Of a stretch of 33,884 nt of DNA, positions 1 through 12,255 are shown piece after piece. The notes beneath the pieces were generated by a model. That model ran no database searches. It saw nothing but the letters and a program-made list of their open reading frames with translations, and had not been told where the DNA came from. How positions within the stretch are numbered: the first letter of the stretch is position 1; each line of letters starts with the position of its first letter. A program made the translations under genes and the position numbers. This DNA is from Trichosphaerium sp. ATCC 40318 (lineage: Eukaryota; Protista; Tubulinea). The stretch covers positions 1-33,884 of the forward strand of contig JALMLS010000529.1 of NCBI GenBank assembly GCA_038496445.1, written 5' to 3'.

Positions 1-230
1 AAAACAATCAAAACCCAAGAAAAACTTGAAAAAAAAACCAAACAATCTGTGTGAAGCCAAGCACTCAATTTTTTTTCACTTGTTCATCAATGATCCTGAT
101 AGTACTTGGTGGTATCACAGTATTGTTTTGGTTTTTTCATGTATTTTTATTGGAGAACTGGCACATCTTCTTTGAAAAACCAACAAAATTATTTTTGGGT
201 TTCTTGGTATTTTTTTTGATTAAAACCCTG
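1..230. mobile_element. Possible right end of a hAT-like/MITE DNA transposon (truncated by window)
   Basis: A/C- and G/T-run subterminal motifs in both orientations (aaaacccaagaaaaac; ttttgggtttcttgg) ending in AAAACCCTG at 222-230, which reads CAGGGTTTT on the minus strand, resembling hAT termini. The other end and any TSD are not visible. Confidence 0.25.
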
Positions 231-535
231 TAAAATATGGTGAAAAAAACCCACCTGTATTGTTGTAAATAGCATACATAGACCTTTTTAAAGAACACGT
301 TGTCTTACTTGTCTTGTACATATCTTGCACCGGTCTCGCCCTTGCATTAGTGGTAAATAGTCGACTCTATATGACTGACTCGACTAAAGTGGAGGAATAA
401 TCAGATTACTTATGATCGTGTGACTTGAAGTGGTGTTTAAGCTTTCTTTGTTTTGACACGTGATCATGGTAAACTTTGAGTGGCATTTATTATTAGATTT
501 ATGTTTTGCATTATTACACGTTCCTTCTTATTGAT

Positions 536-1607
536 TTATACCTTCTCGGTTGCCTCTTCATATATAGATGCCACAAGCATACCGTAATAAGTAGGATGAA
601 CTGGGCCAGCCATAATATTGGACTTCCACTAAAACAAAACAATTAACATCCAACCTATGACATGTTACAGTTTTTTTTCTGTGCTAAACCTTTAACGTAC
701 ATTCTTTCCTACGGCATCCATGAGCCCTTGTAGCATTACAAATCCAGTGTATCCACATGACTTACCGTCTGGAGCATGTTTTGCTGCTACTTCAAGTAAC
801 TCCTTTCTATCAAAAGTCCTCAACCACCTCTCAATTGCAGAATCAAAAAGTTCAGCGCTTGGCGAAGATCCTAAAGGTCCATTGTCTCCATGAGTGTGGG
901 CTAAGTCTCCTGAAATACACACCAATACTTTCTTATCAAGAGAAGATAGAGTCTTACCTACGACCCCACCTAGCTTGAGTAACTCATCTATCATAGGTAC
1001 TCCATTTTCAATAAATCTTCGACAAGGAAATGATAAGAAAACAGTATTAGCTACTGATTCTAAAGAAGGATTGAATTCCTTCGTGTTTAAGAATGACAAA
1101 GGAATAACTTCTCCCCACCTTAAAGGCATACTATGAGGTGCAAATCCTGTCAAGTTCCTGACATCTATCTGTTGGTCTTTGATAGAACTCGCTATTTTAC
1201 GGCTCAGATCAACGTCAATAGGTTGGTGGATGTCTGGGTATCCTTTGAATTGGTTTACACCTTCTGATTGATCAGCGTTTCCGCAAGCCTCTGTATTGTT
1301 GTAGAAAGAATACGCGTCTTCATCAGCGATACCGTGAGGCGTTGTAAGTAATATTACATCAGGTTTGAACGCTGCTACTTCTTTTCCCGCTTCTTTTAAC
1401 CCTCTATGAAGTGCTTGTGCCTTTTAAACACGTGAGGAGAGCGTAGTAACTAAAAAGTATTCCGTTGTGCTGAGAAAACAGTCGCAATGGCTTGTCGTAA
1501 CATATTGCGCGTTAACGTACATGTTTTATCTCATTTTTGCTTCCACCGAACTCGTGAGTTGGGTCATAAGCAACAGCGCCATGAGGAGCAATAACAACTC
1601 TGAGCAT
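536..1607 (-). CDS. LigB/Memo-fold (class III extradiol ring-cleavage dioxygenase-like) protein, 3 exons
   Basis: Spliced translation: MLRVVIAPHG...PDVILLTTPHG...LRWGEVIPL...CISGDLAHTH...KSCGYTG...HPTYYGMLVA. PHG and SGDLxH motifs are characteristic of this fold. Two GTACGT..AG introns (~1520-1422, ~699-630). The start could lie further upstream. Confidence 0.75.
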
Positions 1608-1798
1608 AGGTATTGAATTGGTCAATGCAGCTTTAAAGCTTGATACTCGCAACACTTAACTCAAACAAACTTAAGCCTTGATTCAATTGCAAAAACCGAT
1701 TTGTAGCAAGCGTTGTTTCAGGTCGAATCCAACTTTACAAGCTGACAGAATACAAAACCTAGCAGAGCAAGAGTGGCATTATAAGTTCAAGTATTTTA

Positions 1799-3817
1799 TT
1801 AATTATTTTCATGGCTTGGTGATGTTGAAAATCCATTGATAGTGTTTTCAATCTTCTTTTTACGTTCAATATACATCCACACTACAACTATAATGGAAGC
1901 TATAATAAAAACAATAGCAACGACTACTACAGCTATAATGATTACTGTCAAACTTCCACTTTCTTCATTACAAGCTGGAGATACAGTCAGAATAAGTGAT
2001 CCTCTGTTTTGATTTAATCTCGTCCTATAAGCACAATCCGAAGTGGATTCTATAGCTACCCTACTAAACCCAGGAATGGTATCTTCGTCACATTGGTGAC
2101 TCAAGAACATCAAATCGAAATCCTACAACACCATTTAGGCAAAATCAGCGAAGGTTGAGCTTTGTTAAAGGTACGTTGAGGAGGGCTGCATTTGATTCTG
2201 ATAGTTTAACAACTAAGCCAGTTTGAGAGATGTTAAGACAACCTAACACAGTTACTGTAGCCTCATCAGTGATTGTCAGAGTTGAGCCAAGTGATAATGT
2301 TAGCGTGCCTACACAACAGTTAGAATTAAGTCAAAGCTTCGAAAACAGCACCATTTACGACAAGGTCTGAGTTTATGATAATATCCGTGGTTGCGTTTAA
2401 GTCACCTTGGACGATCCAGACGCCACTAATGCATGACACAACATCGGCTGGTTTTGGTGGTAAACATTGTGTTATAGTAGATGTTGGTTGAGGTTGTGGA
2501 CTTGTTGAAGGCGCTACACTTGAAGGTGGCTGACTTGTTGAAGGTGCCATAGGAACAACAATAGATTCACCATTAAGGAAAGCGAAAGAAGCGGATGCAG
2601 AAGAGTTAGAAACAATCTATGGCATACAGTGAGTTTAAACAACGTTAATATTTGTGATGCTGTTGTACAAGAGTAGTATTGAGGATGTCATCATAAATTC
2701 CAACAATAGTATCTAATCTTTGTTTAGGCTCTAATTCGATTGCATCTCCATAAAAACCACCAGATGTCTAAATAATGATTAGAAAATATCACGTGATTAT
2801 TAACATCAGAAAGGACGTTATATTTAGATTAGTGTATCACGTGTAAACGCACATATTGTAAAAATTTCGTTGTTGTACTGTATGTAACAGCAACTGTGAA
2901 AGAAACGGGCGTTTTGTCACCAGCTGGGAAAAAGCTAAAATGCTCTATTCTTCCTCCTAACCCAATAGCTTCAACAGGGTCTGCGACTTGAGTGAAATTT
3001 ATAGCATCGTATGTATCACAAACACCTTGATACTCATATAGGTATAGCCTCAAAGTAGCTTCGTGATCTTGAACTCCAAGAAGCACCAACTTTTTTTGGA
3101 CATTGTGGGCTATTGAAGCTTGTGTTATTCCTCGTTCTGATATCACTATTCTACCAATCGTTTCATCCCGATTCTAAACGATTATCCGTGTTATAACTAT
3201 GGTCACACAGATATCAACATCAAAATCACTTACTGGTTTTCTTGGCTGAAAATAAATTGCTTGTGGATCAAATAAAGAAAGTCGTGCTTCAAGAAAACAA
3301 CCTGTGCCTAGTTCCGCAATACCTATTGGCGAGAAGCTGTTGCCGAACTCTTGTATGGCTTAAAGAATGTTATTTCAATACGTAAGGAAGCAGTGGAGGC
3401 TTACTATCTGGTATACGTTGCGCTGCTTGTTGTGGCTGCAAAGTCCAAAATGCTGCTTGTGATGCTTTGCCAGTGGCAATATTATGAACCCAAAGAGTAT
3501 GTACACCTTGGCCTATAAGAACCTGTTAATTTTTTACAATGTCACGTGATTGAACGTGCTTGTTTGAAATGCTTTTATCCCTTGAATTTTGACAGTAGGC
3601 GTTTCCATTGGCCCAAAAATCTATACAGACACTGTTAGCAATCAATTGTTTTCTGTTTATTTCGCAAACAAAGTTGCCGTTTCTGATCTGACTTGTGGAT
3701 TCTAAACGGAATAGTTGTCATAGCCTTGATACACGTGTGTAGTTCCATCCTGTTTATAGACGACGTACCTAAACAACAAAGTACAATTACTAGAAGCGTC
3801 CTCGCATCGGCGTGCAT
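1799..3817 (-). CDS. Type-I single-pass membrane protein (signal peptide, beta-rich ectodomain, S/P/T linker, Cys-containing beta domain, TM, short tail), multi-exon
   Basis: N-terminus MHADARTLLVIVLCCL followed by a GTACGT donor. Linker APSTSQPPSSVAPSTSPQP, then CLPPKP..SCISGVWIV, then TM LTVIIIAVVVVAIVFIIASIIVVVWMY followed by RKKK. ORF fragments are joined by GT-AG introns. Confidence 0.65.
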
Positions 3818-4447
3818 TTTACTTAGAGAAATTGAACGGTCTGCTTATTATTCAATTCCAGTCAAAAAACAAAAAATCCTTAGTTTTCCGGTTCATTTTT
3901 ATCTTTAACCCCCGAAGCTTACCGAGTTTTGTTTCTTATTTTTGTGTTTGTATTCATACAAATACACGAGACCACACCTTTTGGAAAGTATGTTAAAGGT
4001 GCTTGACCCTTTCACTGCTACGTAAGTTGCAGTTACGTGGGCAGTACTAAGTTTGTTTTATTTAGTTGTTTCAAAGTTGAAACAGTTCGTTTCGTATCAT
4101 CAGTCTGTTCAAATGAGGCCATTAAATAACTGGGGTTCGCAGCATTAATATTTTTGACACGTCAATTACTCAAGAATGTCTCGATCAACTACTGTATTTT
4201 CAACACTTGTACCAAAAAATAATTAAAGTGACGCAAAGTGTTTGGAAATAAAAAACCAATTGTTTTAATTGCCTTGTTTAATCAACATTCTGAAATTAGG
4301 CTGTTTCTGTACCTGACTGGTTGCTTAACTTGAATGATACTGAAGAATGCATGAGACGATCAATGTCGTGAGTGCATATGCTTGGTCTTCGAATTACCAC
4401 CTTCTGAAGGCAAATATGGAGCCGGTTGTCCCTGGTCCATATAAAAA

Positions 4448-4847
4448 ATTCCTTAGATGACATGTCAACATCCCTAGCTTGGACTCTTAAGCAACTCTGT
4501 TTTATTTAAACTTTCTTAAATTATTACACTTTAACATTGCTTCTTTTGCTGTAGATCCAAAACCCATCTTTGGTCTCTGTGCCATTGGTCCATGCGATGA
4601 AGCATTACCACTCGCTACAATAAAACATGGGTACAGCGTTCTTTTTTAGGTTTGGTAGATATCCAAATAAGTTATCACTCAAACACACCTTGACTCTGAT
4701 AATATTAATACAAGGTGTATTACTTGTTGCTAAAACAAGAATTATGGATAGTAGTGATACTCTTGTTTTATTGTGTAACTGAGACAAAGTCGTCAAAGCC
4801 TATATGTTATAGCACTTTTGCATATGTTGACATGTCATCTAAGGAAT
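4448..4847. repeat. 24-bp perfect inverted repeat (4448-4471 / 4824-4847) bracketing ~350 bp
   Basis: ATTCCTTAGATGACATGTCAACAT at 4448 and its exact reverse complement at 4824. No TSD found. Confidence 0.85.
4472..4601 (-). pseudogene. Inverted duplicate of the last exon and 3' UTR of the LIM-WH2 gene (21819-21950)
   Basis: Minus strand TTCATCGCATGGACCAATGGCACAGAGACCAAAGATGGGTTTTGGATCT...CCAAGCTAGGGAT matches 21819-21950 with about 7 differences in ~130 nt, including a 1-nt deletion before the stop. Confidence 0.9.
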
Positions 4848-5023
4848 GTGGTTGATCATATTCTCTGAAGCTACAAGCTCACATTTGTTTCCACAATGTT
4901 ATTGCTGACAATGTTGTGATGAGTCAATCTTTAGATAACATGACAAACCGTCAATTCTTCACAGAATAGCCAGACTTCCGATGACTTTTTAGTGCACGGA
5001 TTCCTTGGTTTGTACTGACTTGC

Positions 5024-7401
5024 ATGGCTAATATTCAAGCCAGCGATGAAGATATTGTGCATTTACTTGATGAGGAGACACAAACCCTACTGCCAAAACG
5101 AACTTTATGGCACACTGAGAGTTTAGGCGTAATTCCAACGAAGAAGACGGATAAAGCCAAAATCAATAAAGAAACGATATGTGGGATATCGTACGAGTGG
5201 TATAATCTCATAATAATGAGCGTCGGCTTTTTTCTTGTGTTTATGGCTGCAAACACTATTCAGAACTATATGACGACAATTTTACCAGGTAACGTGCTAT
5301 TATCACGCTAAAAACTTTGAAACTTCTTAAAACACTCTCCGACGCGTAGATATTACTTTAAACACAATAAACTGCGTTTACGCTTGAAAAACTCATTTCA
5401 ACGTTTAACGTTTTACAACTGCTTTTTTATACATTTTGAGTGGCCTTATAATGATCGTTTATCGTTTAATAGCGACCTTGCCGCTATAATTTTTAGTTTG
5501 ATACTTTCTTTTTGCTGATTGCATCGCAGGAAAGCTTGGAAGCGTGTCAATGGCAATACTATGCTCTTCATGTGCATTTTTTTCTTTACTTTCTCCTGTG
5601 GTTATCAGCTACATCTCCGAGAGGTACGTCAAAATTGTTCGGATTTTTGTTGTTGCTAGTACATTTTTTATTAACGCTTTTTTTTACAAAGATGGTCGAT
5701 GGTTATTGGTGCAATATGTTATACAATTCTAATCGCTAGTCTTATAAAAATAGTACATATTTTATTGTATATAATAGCTTCAGTATGTGGTATTGGTGCT
5801 GCATTGCTGTGGGTTGCTCAAGGTGCGCCAAATTCTTTAAAAAAACCCAAAAAATCAGAACTATATATCTCGCTTGATTGTGCACCAGCCATAGCCTCAA
5901 AATTGCTTGGATCATTATACAGCCTGCACCAATAATTCATGTATCACGTGTTATTAAAAGATTTATTTAGGTGCTTTTTTGACAGAGATTTCCTCGGAAG
6001 GAAATAGAGGTAGAAATTCTGGTATCTTTTGGGCAGCATACCAGCTTTCCTCTGTTTTTGGAAATCTTACTGCATACTTCATTTTTAAGTATCTCTCATT
6101 TTCTACTCTTTGTATTATATTTACTGTGATGGCTGGTTGTGGTAGTGTAGTAATAGGACTTCAAACAAGGTCACCAGTTGCGAAAATCGAACGAAAAGCA
6201 ATGCGTTTCTCAAGGTAACAAAAAAAAAATTACTTTGTTGTCGCTTACAAACTTTGTTTATTAAGGCCATCTCCCTTCAAAGTCTTAAAGACTGCCTCCA
6301 AAATTATACCACGTTATGAGTTTTTACTTATGACGCCGATGTTCTTATTCACAGGTATGTTAAGTGAATGTTAGTATGTTTGATTTCAAACTCACATTGT
6401 CGTAGGATTTGAGCTATCTTTTTGGGCAGGCTCTTTTCCTCTATTACTTGATGCTAAAGGTGTCGGATTAGCTCTGACATTTTTAGCAGCTGCAGATATG
6501 TTGGGTGGTCTTATAATAGGACCTATATCCGACAAGATAGGACACAGTTTTGTTGTAGTAGGAGGGTACTTTAAACATCTTTTTTGGTTTATGTTTTTCG
6601 TGGGGTATCTTTTAGCGTTTCTCTACCACCTGTTGGCCTTACGTTCCTCAAATTATTTTGCTGGTTTTTTAAATAATCACGTGAACAAAGCACGGCTGTG
6701 GTTAAACACATTCTTATTTCGCTTTTTTTTAGGAGCTTTACTTTTGGTTTAGCACTCTTCTTTGTTATGTGTGTTCGTGATGGTTGGTGGTCTGATTCTT
6801 TGACACTTGATGGTGTCCCATGGACTGCTTTTGTAGCGGCTGTGCTTCTTGGGATTAGTGACTCTATTTTCAATACACAAGTAAGGAACTTTTTGCAACA
6901 CGTAGCTTGTTTCGCCAATTAACTTGAAAGTAAAGGTTTACTCTCTTCTTGGAGAAGCTTACTCTGGGGAGAGCATAGGAGGATTTACAGTATTCTTCTT
7001 TTTACAGGTAAAGACAAGCATTTAAACCTGGTTTTTTTTGAAAAATTCTTTACGCCTGTTCATCCAGTATTTCTAAGAAAGTGTTTTGTGTTTGTTTTGC
7101 CAAGTTTGATACCGTTTACAATCAAAATCACATTACTATAATGATCAGTTCTTTCACTTGTATTTATCAACCCACCAACACGTGTACTTACTTACTTTAT
7201 CTAAAGAACTTTGCTATTGCGATTGGATTCTTCTATCCTCCACATATCCCTCTTGCCAATGTTGAAGGGTCAAGCTATGCCCAAATATGGATTCAACTTG
7301 GCTTACTTTTAGTGAGTACTATTTGTTATGTTGTAGCAGATCAGATTATCACTGGTACAAAGAAACATCAAGTACTTAGCATTATCCATAGTATAGATTA
7401 A
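5024..7401 (+). CDS. UNC93/MFSD11-like MFS membrane protein, ~9 exons
   Basis: GFFLVFMAANTIQN, GIGAALLWVAQGAFLTEISSEGNRGRNSGIFWAAYQLSSVFGNL, FTGFELSFWAG, LLGISDSIFNTQ are typical UNC-93 family motifs; multiple TM segments. Confidence 0.85.
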
Positions 7402-7944
7402 AAAGTAAACAATTCATCTGAACTATGTGATAAATAAAATTTGTAAACTAATGGTAATGTTCATCGTTTGTGTCTTGCAGAAATCATGTAACTGTTTTTC
7501 TTCAATATTGATTAATAGTGAAGAAAATGGTATTCTTTGCTACCTTAACACCCGATACAATTAATACGTTACGGGAGGCTTTAGATTCTTGTTAGGGTTT
7601 GTTGTTTTCATTGCAAGTCCGCTAAAACTTAAATGTTATTTATTATTTAAAGTGGTTTATCGATGTTGAAAAACTATGTTTAAAGTCAGTAAGTTGAATG
7701 AGTACCAAAAAGCATGTTGGTCACGTGTAGTTTTGAACAAAACAACAGTCCCTTGTTTTCTTGAAATTGCTTTAACTGAACTACATAAAAAGAAGGCAAT
7801 TCAAGGTCTTTAGATTGCAGGTCGGGCAGGAAGACTTTGCTATTGAACACAAGGGCATTGATCAACTTTGCTACTGTTCTTTTGCCCATCGATTAGTGAT
7901 GCAGTACAGAAAACAACAAAAAGCAGTTTGTTTTTAGCTTCAAT

Positions 7945-8582
7945 TTATTGAATTCCAGCCTCAAGTAGGTCCTTTACTATCTGTTTGTCGTCTTCATCTA
8001 GTTCCACACCAGCTGCTTTCACAGCAATTGCCCATGATTGCGCCCAAACTTCAGCAAAGAAGGCTGCCATACGCTTTGAGTATCCATACGTTTGTGCCAG
8101 CGCACCATTTCCTTCATTTTCACGCCATGCTTTCATGCCACAAGCGTGTGCAGCTTGCCAAACCTTGTAATGAATTAGTGCCACGTGATAAATAAAAAAC
8201 AGAATGAGATACTTTGACTAAAAGAAAAGGAACGTCATACCTTCGGATTACCAAAAGCGTTGAAAGCCATTTGTAGCGCTACCGAAGCAACAGTGAACAA
8301 TAAATCGGTTACAGTGGAACCAATCCTAACAGTTAAGTTAAAACCCAAAGTCTGACTGTGTAGAACAAGCATACGCGTTGACAAGTTTATCTGATAGGCT
8401 AGGTTCCTTTCTAAACATTCTTTAAAGAAAGTACGTGTCTTTGTTCTGAGGATGTTTAAAAAGTGATTTATAGCCTGGTGTATTGGGTTACTGATGATTG
8501 ACAAACTTTCTAGAGCTATACTCGATATAGCTTTTATCTCTTTGTCAATCTCTGTTTCAGTAAGTTTTGTTTCCGTTGCCAT
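7945..8582 (-). CDS. Unknown ~140-aa alpha-helical Ala/Trp-rich protein, ~5 exons
   Basis: Splices to MATETKLTETEIDKEIKAISSYKSLF...NAIGSTVTDLLF...GNPKVWQAAHACGMKAWRENEG...EAGIQ* using canonical GT-AG introns. No family recognised. Confidence 0.6.
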
Positions 8583-9868
8583 TGTCTTGTAGTTGCTGAT
8601 TTTATGACTATTTTACAGTTCGTGAACAGGTTCACAGTTCCTGTAGAAGATTTCTTTCAAGGAACCAAGCGCGCTTACATTGGATAGAAGCAGATAGTTT
8701 GAATTTGTATTTTCATACACGTCTTTTAGTTCCTGTCTGTTTTATACAAAGAAGCTAATACCATAAGAAGGCACCTCCCAATGGTTTAACAGGTTGGTCA
8801 TGAGCTATTTTTGTTAGTTCCTTGTCAAAATGTACTAAATTTCCAACCCTTGCCGCAGTATTGGTTACAGTTTCAATACCGTGGGAGATGATCGCAGTAT
8901 ATTTTTGCCTACACAGTACGATCAACCCACAGAAGTGTCCAATGAGCTAAAAACGAATTAAAAAAGTTTGATGTCCTACAAAGCTATCGCATTACCGCCA
9001 AACACGGTATGAATACCTCAAACACTGTTTGCTGTATGTTTTTACTTCCAATCAACGTACGTGTATAACTTACTAGCGCTACGCTAGCGCCTACCCCACG
9101 CTAACAAAAGCGCTCTCGCAACACCCAAACATCAAGGCACGTGTAATAACGCTAAAATCTCCAAAAACACCAGCGTAGCTGTAGGCTTTGTAAACGCCGG
9201 CGGGTGTCAAATATCCAAATAAAAATTGTTGGTTTGTTAAATCACGTGTTGAATTGATTGGCCCAATAACGTAGGTTTGAAACGGTTGGATTCACTGGAC
9301 AGGCTTGAGGAACACGTTTAAAAAGGGTGAGATTTGCAAGATCTGCCAGCAGTGTCAAATCCGTCAGATCCTACAGGTACTGGATTTTTTTTGCTAAAAG
9401 TCACTCTGTCTCATAACTTGAATGAAACAGGCAATACAGTTTAAAACGTAAGCCAAGAAAGGTTTCACGTTAGCTCCATCGGAAAAATAGAAACGAGGCT
9501 GTTATTGCAATAAGTTCCAGTATAAGTTTACAACGTTTTCTTCCTTGTAAAGAACCTTTGTCTTGTCATATGTATAAGACCTTATACAAAGCGCCCAGAA
9601 GTTGAGTTCTCCACATATAGGGATTGTTAGATTATGCCTTGTCATGTGATGATTGATGATAAATCACATGTGCCTTAGGTAAAAATAATATAAACTATGT
9701 AGAATCGTTCCCAGCATCGTCTAGCAGTGTATACTCGTGACGTGTCATACATCAACTTACAAGCTATCTTTTTACAACGTTTGGCGTTTCGGCTTTGTGC
9801 CACGTAACTGTTTTTCTTGAAAGACCGATTTTGAGTGGAAAAGTCAGTTCTGTGTCTAACACTGAGTC

Positions 9869-11879
9869 ATGGGCTCCATTTTCTCGTATTTTCGGCCTAA
9901 AAGGGTATTATAATACGTTAGTACATATATTAACGAGCGATAGGGCAAAATAGGCGCGGAACTCGAGAAACTTGACCAACAGCTCCAAGAAGCCGAGGAT
10001 AGGCTACAAGGATACGCTCAAGCACATAGAACGTTAACATGGCGCCTTTTGATTTTATTCACTTTACTGGAGCTCTCTTATCTCGTGTTCTGGTACTTTA
10101 TAGTTGTTATTACAGAACCATGGGAGCGTTTAGTTTATCTTGTGCCGATAGTAGCTATACCGTTTGGGTACGTTTTTACAACTTGTCATTATACGCCTTG
10201 CGCTGAATTAGTGCGATAAAAGCGTACAGAATCAAGAAACGTAAATTAACGAAAAAAAAACCTACATTTACGTTTAAATACCATCCTGACTATTGCATAT
10301 AGTAGTATGTTATTGAATAGGATTGTAAATTGGTATTACGGGAGATGTAGGCGATTATCACGTGCGATCTTTTTCTTATTCTTCAAAAACAAAACAAGTT
10401 TTTTTTAAATTTACGTTATAAGTCAGAAATTTCGCTCACGTGTGCTTACTTTTTAACTATTTATGCAGTGGCTTACAGAGACAAAATTCATAAGCAACAA
10501 GTCGAAAAGGTACCCTTCACGAGGTAAAATGATTCATGAGCTAACTACTGTTAAGTTAGAAGAGCTCAAAGAATTTACAAACTACTATGAAACAAGAAAA
10601 CTAGTTGAAACATATGAAAGCACTCTGAAGAACCTTACACCAGGTGATCCAAGAAAGCAAAACCCGGGTACATTTTTAGAACACCTTGACTCAAAAGTAT
10701 CACTTCACAATGACATCAGAATCATACAACTGAAAAGAAAACCTACATTACTTAGCTTTTTTTACAAAATAAATTAAGTTCACTATCACCGCCATTTTTA
10801 ACAACTCTTTAGGTTTGAGACGTAGACCGGGTGCAACAGCTGCCATGACACCTACGGGACAGGTATTACTTCATCACAACTTTGAGTATTTTTAGTATCT
10901 TCTAACCATCCCAATAGCCCCGCCAAGCGCCAACACCAAAAAGCGCACCACCAGCAAACTATCGAAGACCGACCGCATCAATGCCAACTGGTGGTATTGC
11001 CGTACATAACTCACAAAGAGAACCTGCACAGGCTGGATTCAGATCTCCTGAACATTCTAGGATTCAACAATCTCAACCTCCAGCAAACTCTCCTTACAGA
11101 CCACCACCGCAGGTAATAGAAACTACTTGTACTTCAAGCCATTAACGTTTTTATCTCAAAAAAACAGAATCAACCACGACAAAATGTTATTCGTTCTCCA
11201 CCTCCTTCTATGCCTGTACCTGCTCACATGAAACAAAGTACTACTCCATTTAAATATTCAAAACACTTAGATGTATTTTTTACTGAAAGTTAATGTTAGG
11301 AGCAGCAAGACAAGTACAAGCTCCTGTAAATGTTCAACCACGTAAAGCTGGTTATTTTGATACTTTATTGGATTGGTTGATTGATGGAGATGACAAGGAA
11401 AAGCAAGAACCTTACTTTAGGTAAGTTAATGATGAGTTGCTTTATTAATTGGTTGATATATCGTTATTATTTTTTGAAACATTAAAAACTTTTGGATCGC
11501 ATAAAATACATTTGGTCAGATTTCATCACCTTTACTTAAGAACGTTTAAACGCATGAAAAAACATTCAAAGGAAGCAACATTCATTAATGATGACAATAA
11601 TTGATTGGTCTTACAATTAACTCTTGATTTAATTCTTAATTGTCCTCCTTTTTGTTTAGTTTGCTATCACGTGTACTGATTCTTATTTTAAGACGTGTGA
11701 CTCCAGTCAAAGCAGCTCGTAGTAGACAAGCAGTTGCAGCTCAAAAAGAAGAAATGGATTCTATCCCAGAACCTGCTCCTAGAAATGAGTCTCAAGCACC
11801 AGAACGTAGACAAATCATAGAAGAGAGTTCAAAAGAAGAAGTAATTGATAATGACGCACCAAAAGATAAAGATGCATAA
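9869..11879 (+). CDS. LNPK: Lunapark (ER three-way junction protein) homolog
   Basis: MGSIFS myristoylation motif, coiled coil (ELEKLDQQLQEAEDRL), two TM segments, the signature KLEELKEFTNYYETRKLVETYE, a Pro-rich linker, and the amphipathic helix GYFDTLLDWLIDGD. Confidence 0.8.
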
Positions 11880-12255
11880 ACAACAACACAATACAAAGCC
11901 TCCCTTTGGCAAAAACCATAAGGCAGGAGACAACCAAAAAAAACAACATCAAATAACTCTTTTTTTTCAAACATCACGTGATTATAATGTACATACTTTA
12001 ATTTTTCAAAAAGAACATGTGGATCAAGGAAACTAATAAAATATGAATTCAAAATACATTTACTAGCTGTAACTAAAAATATGATCACCCTGCTTGAAAA
12101 GTACAGTTAAACAACCAACTGGGAAAATAAAAAGCAAGTAATAAACAACGACACAAAAGATGGTGCAAGGTAAATAAGTACAGCTAGGCTTTACTCAATA
12201 AGAACATTTCAGCCCATACAGAACATAGGTCCCAAAAGAGGACAGTAAGTCCAAT

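Noticed and set aside
1715-1735. GGTCGAATCC resembling a tRNA T-loop
   Set aside because: No cloverleaf or acceptor stem can be formed.
9643-9670. Short CATGTGAT...ATCACATG inverted repeat
   Set aside because: An 8-bp stem is expected by chance in AT-rich DNA.
11430-11680. Two ATGATGA (box C-like) motifs and a CTGA in the long Lunapark intron: intronic C/D snoRNA?
   Set aside because: The CTGA coincides with the likely branch point, and there is no convincing terminal stem or recognisable rRNA guide.
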